DNA of 64,000 nt from an uncultured cyanobacterium (GTDB lineage Bacteria; Cyanobacteriota; Cyanobacteriia; Cyanobacteriales; CAWCAG01): the NCBI GenBank assembly GCA_963803805.1, contig CAWDOD010000010.1:416001-480000 (forward strand), written 5' to 3'. The notes below the pieces were generated by a model, which saw only the letters and a program-made list of their open reading frames with translations, ran no database searches and was not told the DNA's origin. The translations under genes were made by a program, and so were the position numbers. Positions 1-8,500 of this stretch are shown here, piece by piece (the stretch's first letter is position 1; each line of letters starts with the position of its first letter).

Positions 1-89
1 TAATATTAATAATATTGGAGTTCACTATCATGTTCCTCTATTAGTTTCTCCTTGGTCTTATAGTACCTATCGAGGAAGCTGATTAAATA

Positions 90-596
90 ATGAAGGAAAA
101 GCAATACACAATTGCCAACTTAAATCAGATGTCTCAGGAGGAGTTTACGGCTGCTTTAGGAGATATTTGGGAAGACACACCAGAAATTGCTAAACAATCA
201 TGGCAAAAGAAACCCTTTGCCAATTTAGAAGATTTGTATCAAGAGATGGTGGCAGTTGTTGATAATATGTCTGACGAAAAAAAGTTAGCCCTCATTCAAG
301 CCCATCCAGATTTAGGAAGTAAGGCAAAGATGGCAGAAGCTTCAGTCCAAGAACAAGCTGGAGTAGGTTTAGACCGTTTATCAGAGTCAGAATATGAGCA
401 TTTTTTAGAACTCAACCAAGCTTATCAAAATAAGTTTGGTTTTCCTTTTATAGTGGCAGTTAAATACCATACTAAAGAGAGTATTTTAGCGGACTTTGAA
501 ACTCGTTTAGAAAACAACCAAGAGCAAGAAAAAAAACAGGCTTTAAAAGAAATTACTAAGATTGCACGACTACGTTTAGAGTCAATGGTGAGCTAA
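90..596 (+). CDS. uraD: OHCU decarboxylase (uric acid degradation)
   Basis: Motifs LIQAHPDLG, S..EQAGVGL, LNQAYQNKFGFPFIVAV, EITKIARLRL; 168 aa, the expected size. Confidence 0.93.
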   Translation: MKEKQYTIANLNQMSQEEFTAALGDIWEDTPEIAKQSWQKKPFANLEDLYQEMVAVVDNMSDEKKLALIQAHPDLGSKAKMAEASVQEQAGVGLDRLSESEYEHFLELNQAYQNKFGFPFIVAVKYHTKESILADFETRLENNQEQEKKQALKEITKIARLRLESMVS

Positions 597-664
597 TTAG
601 CTAGATTTAAAATGCCTGTTTAGTTTGTCTTTGATTACTATATATTCTTGACTTCAAGCCTAAT

Positions 665-679
665 TGTATACTGTATACA
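665..679. promoter_or_regulatory. Palindromic operator candidate TGTATAC-T-GTATACA upstream of the porin
   Basis: Perfect 7-1-7 palindrome about 70 bp before the porin ATG; the same 13-bp core recurs at 5018-5030. Confidence 0.7.
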
Positions 680-748
680 GCAATACTTTTCTAACTAGTT
701 AAAAATGCTAATTTTACTGATGAGAATTAGTTGGTGTGAGAGGGAAAA

Positions 749-2581
749 ATGAGTATCAAAGAAACTTTAAACAGGTTTTATCTTACCAAAAAAAGAATTA
801 AGTTGATTAATAAATTAAGTTTGTTACTTTTTCCTTTAACCTTATTATCTACGACTACAATTAAAACCCTAGCCTCAGAAGAAATAGTTAACTCCTCCAG
901 ACTAGAAAGTGCTAACACTTTTGAAAAAATAAATAGCCTTGATGACTCCGATTGGATGTCTCAAGTTACTAACGTAAACCAGTTACGAGATGTATCTCCT
1001 AGAGACTGGGCTTATGAAGCATTACGTTCTTTAGTAGAGGGTTATGGTTGTATCACAGGATTTCCTGACCAAACCTATAGAGGAAACCAACCCTTATCTC
1101 GTTACGAATTTGCTGCGGGTTTAAGTTCTTGTCTTGACAAAATAGAACAACTAACTTTTTCTGAAGGAGTTACTCAGGAAGATTTAGAAAAAATGCAACG
1201 CCTCAGCCAAGAATTTGAGGCAGAACTCGCCATTATTTCTGAGAGAATAGATGACTTAGAAGCGCGTACTAACTTTTTAGAAGAGAATCAGTTTTCGACC
1301 ACAACTAAACTATCTGGTGACATCTTTTTTAACCTAACAGGTGCGGGTGCAGGAGATAATGTTTCTGTCGAAACTAGCTCTCTTAATGCTCCTTTTGCTT
1401 TGCGTCGGGCAGGCAGAGATACTAATAATAACCCCTTAGTTAGTACGGTTACTAATGATCCTGCAACTACTCTGAGCTATTATGCCTGGATTAACTTAAA
1501 TTCTTCTTTCACAGGAAGAGACAACTTAGCTGTTCAGTTAGTAGCAGGTAACGGAATTTCTCCTGTCAATAGCTTTGTTTCCGCCGGACTTTTTAATACC
1601 TTTGGTACTCCTTTTTTAGATCAAACGGGTACATCAAGTGGGGCAGGTAGTGTAGAAATTCGGGAACTATTTTATGATTTTCCTGTCGGAGAAAAACTGC
1701 GGGTAGTAGTTGGACCAAGAATTAATTGGTATCGCTATTTTGATAATAATCGCTATACTTTTTTCCTCACAGGGGCAAGTAGCTTTAACGCTATTGGTGG
1801 TACTTTAGTTAACCCCATTGATCGTGGTTCAGGGGCTGTAGCAACTTATAAAGCTAATGATTGGCTGACTTTTAAATTAGGCTACCTGGGAGAAAATACA
1901 GAGTTTTTACCTGCCCCTTTCTTTAATACCTCTTCTGATCCTAGCAAAGGTTTATTTAGTGGTACACAAACCTTAACTGCTGAAGTAGATTTAGCGATCG
2001 CAGATCAAGCCAACCTTCGCTTAATATACACCAGAGGAACTTTAGACAACAATCAACCCCTTTTTGATACCAATGGCAATCTCACTGGTTTTGGTGTTGG
2101 TGGCGCTACAGGAGAGCCTATCTATGGAGTAGCAGACGATGGTTTTGGTGGTACAATTGGTGATGCTCCCAGTGATACTTTTGCTGTTAACTTTGATTGG
2201 GCAATTACAGAAAGATTCGGCGTTTTTGGGCGATATAACTACGGTAGCACCGACATTTCTCCTCAAAATACTACCAGAAGCTCAGGAGAAGTTAATGCTC
2301 AAGCCTTTCAAGGTGGAGTTGCCTTCCCCGACTTAGGTAAAGAAGGTGCGTTAGGAACTCTTTCTTTTGTGATTCCTTTTGATGTTCTTGATGGAGAAGA
2401 ATTTCTTGCTTCTGGTAATGGTGATGGAGGCACTCAGTATGAGTTTGAAGCTACTTATTTTTATCCAGTTAATCGTAATTTAGCAATTGTTCCGGCCTTT
2501 TATTTCATTGCTAATCCTAACAACTTTGAGAGTAATCCCAGTATTTTTGTGGGTAATTTGCGAATGCAATTTAGGTTTTAA
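749..2581 (+). CDS. Cyanobacterial outer-membrane porin (SLH domain + OprB-type barrel)
   Basis: SQVTNVNQLRDVSPRDWAYEAL SLH start, coiled coil, QFSTTTKL barrel start, C-terminal LRMQFRF. Confidence 0.92.
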   Translation: MSIKETLNRFYLTKKRIKLINKLSLLLFPLTLLSTTTIKTLASEEIVNSSRLESANTFEKINSLDDSDWMSQVTNVNQLRDVSPRDWAYEALRSLVEGYGCITGFPDQTYRGNQPLSRYEFAAGLSSCLDKIEQLTFSEGVTQEDLEKMQRLSQEFEAELAIISERIDDLEARTNFLEENQFSTTTKLSGDIFFNLTGAGAGDNVSVETSSLNAPFALRRAGRDTNNNPLVSTVTNDPATTLSYYAWINLNSSFTGRDNLAVQLVAGNGISPVNSFVSAGLFNTFGTPFLDQTGTSSGAGSVEIRELFYDFPVGEKLRVVVGPRINWYRYFDNNRYTFFLTGASSFNAIGGTLVNPIDRGSGAVATYKANDWLTFKLGYLGENTEFLPAPFFNTSSDPSKGLFSGTQTLTAEVDLAIADQANLRLIYTRGTLDNNQPLFDTNGNLTGFGVGGATGEPIYGVADDGFGGTIGDAPSDTFAVNFDWAITERFGVFGRYNYGSTDISPQNTTRSSGEVNAQAFQGGVAFPDLGKEGALGTLSFVIPFDVLDGEEFLASGNGDGGTQYEFEATYFYPVNRNLAIVPAFYFIANPNNFESNPSIFVGNLRMQFRF

Positions 2582-2625
2582 TTAAACTAAGCCTTGTTAT
2601 ATTTCTACCCTACTCCTTGCCATAG

Positions 2626-3861
2626 ATGAAATTATCAACAACAACTCAATTACTCGTAAATAGCGATCGCCTCAATCAAAGCATTGCCCGTTTAGCACAA
2701 ATTGGTCAACTACCTAACGGTGGTGTAAAACGTATTGCCTATAGCAAAGAAGATAGAGAAGCCCGTAACCTAATCAGGCACTGGATGGAAGAATCTCAGA
2801 TGCAGGTAAGGATTGATGCAGGGGGTAATATCATTGGCAGATATCCAGGTAAGCATCTTGATGCACCTGCGATCGCAACAGGTTCTCATATTGACACCGT
2901 CCCTTGTGGAGGACATTACGACGGTGCTTATGGAGTATTAGCAGGATTAGAAGTTGTAAGAATTCTCCAAGAAAATCAGCTTAGGCTAGATCCCCCCTTA
3001 GAAGTAATTGTCTTTACCGATGAAGAAGGTAGCATGATTGGTTCTAAAGCTATTTCTGGTAGAGTAATCAAAGACTCAAATTATTATCGTCGCTCTGATG
3101 GTACAGATATTGCCACTTGTTTAGAGAAAGTTGGCGGTAACTGGCATAACATTACTCAAGCCCGTCTCAATCCCCAAGATATCGCTATCTTTGTCGAACT
3201 TCATGTCGAACAAGGGCCTGTACTAGAGTCTATGGGTAAACAAATTGGCGTAGTTGAAGGTATTGTCGGACAAAGAAGATTTGATATTACCGTCAAAGGT
3301 AGCGCCAATCATGCTGGGACAACCCCGATGCAGATGCGTTGTGACGCTTTAGTGGCTGCTTCTCAGGTGGTTTTAGCTGTTAATCAAATTGCTAACAGCC
3401 CTGGACAACAGGTAGCTACAGTAGGGAAAATGGCAGTTTTGCCCAATGCAGCTAATGTTGTTCCTGGTTGGGTAGAAATGAGTTTAGATATTCGTGATTT
3501 ATCTAGCTTACATATAAATAATTTGCTCGAACAGTTACGCCTTCATTTAGAAGAAATTGCTGTTACTACCAATACTCAAATTAGATTGATACCCTGTTTA
3601 GACAACGAACCAGTTTTAGCTGAGCCTTATATCCAAAAGGCGATTGCCCTTAGTTGTGAAAGCCTTAACTTAAGCTATACTCACCTACCCAGTCGTGCTA
3701 GTCATGATGCCCAAGAATTGGCTCAAATTACTGACATGGGAATGATTTTTGTTCCTAGCAAAATGGGAGTCTCCCACGATGCCAGTGAATATACCTCTCC
3801 AGAACAATGTACCCAAGGTGCGAATGTTTTGTTGCAAACATTAATTCACTTAGGTGGTTGA
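2626..3861 (+). CDS. M20-family Zn hydrolase, allantoate amidohydrolase / N-carbamoyl-L-amino-acid hydrolase
   Basis: GSHIDTV, DGAYGV, DEEG, ELHVEQG, NHAGTTPM, HDA motifs; same strand as uraD. Confidence 0.85.
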   Translation: MKLSTTTQLLVNSDRLNQSIARLAQIGQLPNGGVKRIAYSKEDREARNLIRHWMEESQMQVRIDAGGNIIGRYPGKHLDAPAIATGSHIDTVPCGGHYDGAYGVLAGLEVVRILQENQLRLDPPLEVIVFTDEEGSMIGSKAISGRVIKDSNYYRRSDGTDIATCLEKVGGNWHNITQARLNPQDIAIFVELHVEQGPVLESMGKQIGVVEGIVGQRRFDITVKGSANHAGTTPMQMRCDALVAASQVVLAVNQIANSPGQQVATVGKMAVLPNAANVVPGWVEMSLDIRDLSSLHINNLLEQLRLHLEEIAVTTNTQIRLIPCLDNEPVLAEPYIQKAIALSCESLNLSYTHLPSRASHDAQELAQITDMGMIFVPSKMGVSHDASEYTSPEQCTQGANVLLQTLIHLGG

Positions 3862-4257
3862 TTGCTTTTGTTTATACATTGCCCAACCGCCCAGATTGGA
3901 AATATCGGGCCAGTTGTGTTTTTCGATTAATTCTTGAGGATAAAGCATGGCGATTGCTTGTTCTCCTCCTTCTAAATCCACCGTATCAGGATACATATGG
4001 GGAGGCTCATTTACCAAGAGATATTCGTACTCTTCCGTTGTCATTTCATAAATTTCCCCAGGAATGCTTACTCCCCCTGTTTCTACAGCATAAATTGCCG
4101 GATGCCAGCCATTTTCTGCGGCATGGAGGCGATATTTAGGAAGGGTTTTTGCTGCCTTAATGAACTTTGCAGACTGGAGATTTTGATGGTCTGGCTGACC
4201 TTTTAAAGCTGAACCACAGATAAAAACTTGCTTGATGCTTGATTCTGTTATTGTCAT
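3850..4257 (-). CDS. Gamma-glutamylcyclotransferase-fold protein resembling the allophanate hydrolase C-terminal domain
   Basis: FICGSALKG, KYRLHA, GGVSIPGEIYEM, DISNLGGW; ATG at 4257 preferred over the longer ORF that overlaps gntR. Confidence 0.75.
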   Translation of the reverse strand: MTITESSIKQVFICGSALKGQPDHQNLQSAKFIKAAKTLPKYRLHAAENGWHPAIYAVETGGVSIPGEIYEMTTEEYEYLLVNEPPHMYPDTVDLEGGEQAIAMLYPQELIEKHNWPDISNLGGWAMYKQKQSTT

Positions 4258-4273
4258 GAATTCATCTAGATAT

Positions 4274-4960
4274 TTAAGAGATGCCAATATTATTAATAAT
4301 TTCCAGTTCCTGCACTACTCTGACTTTACTAGCTATTAAATGTTCTGTAATCGTTTCTTGAGCAAAATTTGCATCTCCACCGGCGATCGCTTCATAAATT
4401 TGTCTATGTTCAAGACGAATTTCTAATACTTGGGGGTTATGTTTGGTGGTTTGTATTCTTAACAATGCCATTTTGTCAAAAACTTGTTCTAACAAAGTTA
4501 ATAGCCATTGATTACCAGAACTTTCTGCAATTAAATGATGAAATTGATAGTCTATTTCTAGTAGTTGAAGGGTATTAGATTTATCCTGCTGAGACTCTAG
4601 CAACTTCTCTGCCAAAAGTACGCATTTTTCTAATTTTTTTAGTTGTTTGGAGGTGATTTGTTCGCAAGCATCCGCAGCAGAAAGTTTCTCTAAAGCCATA
4701 CGACAATCATAAAGTTGTATGGCATCCTGAACAGAAAGGGTAGCGACCCTAAAACCGCCATTAGGGTTAGATACTATTAATTTTTCTCGTTGCAGTTGAC
4801 CGATTGCTTCACGAATGGGGGTGCGGCTAACCTGTAATTGTTCGGCTAATTTCGTTTCTACTACTCTTTCTCCTGAAGCTAAATCTCCTTTAAGAATAAT
4901 TTTTCTCAAAGCTTGATATACTTGTTGCCGTAAAGATTGACTTCTTTGAATAGCGAGCAT
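4274..4960 (-). CDS. GntR (FadR/FCD subfamily) transcriptional regulator
   Basis: wHTH LAEQLQVSRTPIREA; FCD motifs D..FHHLIAESSGN and EHRQI. Confidence 0.95.
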   Translation of the reverse strand: MLAIQRSQSLRQQVYQALRKIILKGDLASGERVVETKLAEQLQVSRTPIREAIGQLQREKLIVSNPNGGFRVATLSVQDAIQLYDCRMALEKLSAADACEQITSKQLKKLEKCVLLAEKLLESQQDKSNTLQLLEIDYQFHHLIAESSGNQWLLTLLEQVFDKMALLRIQTTKHNPQVLEIRLEHRQIYEAIAGGDANFAQETITEHLIASKVRVVQELEIINNIGIS

Positions 4961-5017
4961 AACCTGAGTTTTTACTTGGGAAAGACTATTAAATGGTTAA
5001 GTGTTTTTATCCTTTGA

Positions 5018-5030
5018 GTATACAGTATAC
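5018..5030. promoter_or_regulatory. Operator candidate GTATAC-A-GTATAC upstream of gntR
   Basis: Exact reverse complement of the 666-678 core; about 58 bp upstream of the gntR start; overlaps -10-like TATACT on the minus strand. Confidence 0.7.
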
Positions 5031-5531
5031 GAGACACGAGGAACAAACAATTTTAAAACTCAATTTCCACCGAATCTCCCGAAGTATCATCATTAGAATG
5101 CCCTAACTATAGCTTAGGGATGAGGTGAAGTGTTTTTTCTTTATACATACTGACAGTTGTACTTAAAAAAGTAATCTGCTAGGGTGGAATTTCAGACTAA
5201 AATCTTCCCCTTTATACACAAAATCACAAAAGAAACAGCATTACTTCCAATTACTTATCTGTAAACCTCAATAGCCCTACATATTGGTATAAATAAATGT
5301 TAAGTACCAAATCCAGACAGAATGGTCAATGTAGCTCTCAACGACTCAACTAATCTGGGCAATTTCAATCAATTAAGGCTATCATTGCCACATATTTGTG
5401 CTTCTATATTGAGTTTAAGAAACTGTCAGTTTACGTTTATTATCATCAGGCATCAGCAGTAGCATCTCAGTTTCAGATATTTATAGGATCTAAAGAATCC
5501 CGAAATTCTAGGTTAGAGTTCGTAGGCAAGA

Positions 5532-8500
5532 GTGTATCGGTGTATAGGTGAGATGCTCCAACAAGCAATATTAAGCATTAATACGCTCAAATCCCCAGAG
5601 CGAAAAGAGAGTGCTACCGTACAAGTAGGTATTTTGCACTCCTTAAGTGGCACTTTGGCTTTCAGAGAAACTTCTCTTGTAGAAGCGGAACTGATGGCCA
5701 TAGAAGAGATTAATGCTACAGGAGGGGTACTGGGCAAAATAATTGAGCCAGTTGTTGCTGATGGAGCTTCTGACCCCACTGAATTTGAGCAACTGGCTAA
5801 AGAACTAATTCAAGAGTGTGGTATCAACAATATTTTTGGTTGCTATAGTTCCTCAATTCGTAAAGCTGTCTTACCAATCTTTGAAGAATTGAATGCCCAA
5901 CTTTGGTATCCGGCTCAATATGAAGGGCTAGAATCTTCTAAAAATATTTTTTATACAGGTTCTTGCCCCAACCAACAAGCTGAACCTGGAGTTAATTGGT
6001 TATTGAGTAATGGTAACAAGAAGTTTTACTTAGTCGGTACAGAGGATATTTTTTCCCACGTAGCTCACAAACTGATTAAACAACAGCTTGAACAAGCAGG
6101 AATAGTTGTTGGTGAAGTCTATATGCCTGAAGGCATTGAAAATTTTAGACCTATTTTAGGTAACATTCGACAAATTCAACCTGATGTTATCATTAATACC
6201 CTTAATGAAGCCAGCAATCTTCTGTTTTATAGACAGTATCGAGAGTTAGATTTTCCTGGTGATACTATCGTCATGGCCCTTCGTTTAAGCGAAGTAGAAT
6301 TGCAAGAGATTGGCAAAGATGCCCAAGGAACTTATGCCACTCGCAGCTATTTTCAAAATCTTGATACCCCACGCAACCAAGATTTTATTAGGAATTTTCA
6401 AAATCGCTACGGTAAAAAGCGAGTTATCAACGAAGCTATCGAAACAGCCTATACCCAAGTTTATCTATGGAAACAAGCAGTAGAATTAGCCCAATCATTT
6501 GATTTAGAAAGATTGCGGGTAGCTGTGTATGGAGAAACTTTTAAAGCTCCTAACGGGTTAGTACAACTTGAACCCAACCACCATATTTGGAAACCCTATC
6601 GTATTGCTCAAGTCTTACCCACAGGAAACTTTAGCATCATTCATACTGCTCCTCAACCAGCTAAGCCTCTACCTTGGCTCAGTTTAGGAGAAAATAGTCC
6701 TCACCACTCTGAGGTAGTTACTGGTTTACTTTCAGAAGTTTCTTTGTGGATTCAAAGAGCCAAAGACTTACAAAAAAAATCTTCAGATTTACAGAGCAAT
6801 ATGGCCCAGCTACAAAGGGAAATGGCTCAAACTCAGAGAATTTCAACTCCCTTACCAGAATCTGAAGCTGAACTACAGAGCCTCTTTGAGGCGATGACAA
6901 AACTAATTTTGGTAATTAACAACCAGGGACGCTATCTCAAAATCGCCCCCAACCATAGCGATCTTTCCTACCAAGATGGTAGTCAATTGTTGGGTAAAAC
7001 CCTAGATGAAGTCTTTGACCGTAACCAAGCTGACACTTTTTTAGGTTATATCCAAGAAGCCTTGGAAAGCCAAGAAACTGTTCATTTTGAATATTGCCTC
7101 ACCATTAGAGAAGAGCAATTTTGGTTAGCCGGGAGCCTTTCCCCGATTTCCACAGATTCTGTACTTTGGGTGGCTAGGGACATTAGCCAACAGAAACAAG
7201 AAGAAGAGAATCTTAAACAAGCCAAAATAGAATTAGAAGAGAAAGTTGCTGAGCGTACTGCTGCCTTAAAAGAATCCAATGATCGCTTAGTAGGCGAGGT
7301 TGTCGAACGAACTCAAGCAGAAAAAGAATTAAGGGCCGCTAGAGATCAACTCCAGGCAGTATTAGAAGCAGTGCCTGGAATAGTTTCTCGTATTAGTGAT
7401 GACCTGCACTACCTAGAGGTTAATAGCCATCTAGCAGATATGTTTGAGCTACCCAGAGGAGCCTTTGTCGGCCAAGATATTGGTTTTCTCAATAGTAGCT
7501 CCGAATTCAACGACTTTGTTCGCCAATTTTTTGCGAAAAAAGACATTCAAGATGAATATAAAGAGATATCTGCCATTGTTAAAGGTGAAAAACGTAAGTT
7601 TTTACTAGTAGCTCAAAAATACGACGAAAACCGAGCAACTTTCATTGTTGGTATTGATATTACCAAACGTCATCAGGCAGAACAAGAACTTCTAGAAGCG
7701 AAAGAGCAAATGGAAACGGTGTTAGAAGCTGTACCAGGGATTGTTTCTCGCATCAGCCATGACCTAAGTTACTTAGAAGTTAATAGCCATCTAGCAGAGA
7801 TGTTTGAGCTGCCTAGAGAAGACTTTGTGGGTAAAGATATTGGTTTTCTTAATAGTAGTTCCGAATTTAAAGAATTTGTCCGGCAATTCTTTGCCAAAAA
7901 AGAAGCTCAAGACGAATACACAGAGGTATCTGCCACCTTCAAAGGGGTGGAGAAAAGACTGTTGTTAGTAGCTAGGAAATATAATCATAACCAAGCAACT
8001 TTTATTGTCGGCATTGATATTACTCAACGCCACCGGGTAGAAGAGCAACTTGTAGATGCAAAAGGTCAAATGGAAGCGGTGCTAGAAGCCGTACCAGGAA
8101 TTGTTTCTCGTATTAGCAAAGACCTGAACTACTTAGAAGTTAACCGCCATTTAGCAGAAACGTTTAACTTGCCAAGAGAAGCTTTTGTGGGTCAGAATAT
8201 TGGCTTTCTCAATAGTAGCTCGGAATTTAATACTTTTGTCCGCAAATTTTTTGCTGATAATACGATTCAAGATGCTTTCCGTGAAGTATCAGCTAAGGTT
8301 AACGGTATTGAGCGCAAGTATCTAATTGTTGCTCAAAAATATGATCACAACAAAGCCGCATTTACTATTGGTATTGATATTACTGAACGCCAACAAGCAG
8401 AAGAACGCCTGCGCCAAGCAGAAGCTAAATATCGTAACATTTTTGAAAATGCCGTAGAAGGAATTTTTCAAACAACTCCAGAAGGATACTTTATTAGCGC

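Noticed and set aside
665-679. NtcA site upstream of the porin
   Set aside because: Spacing is GTA-N7-TAC, not N8; better explained as a GntR-type palindrome.
5062-5192. Possible MITE (TTCCACC / GGTGGAA ends with an internal CCCTAA/TTAGGG hairpin)
   Set aside because: IR only about 7 bp and no second copy in the window.
7362-8441. CRISPR-like or DGR-like repeat array
   Set aside because: Units are 360-bp in-frame coding PAS repeats with no spacers; no cas or reverse transcriptase gene seen.
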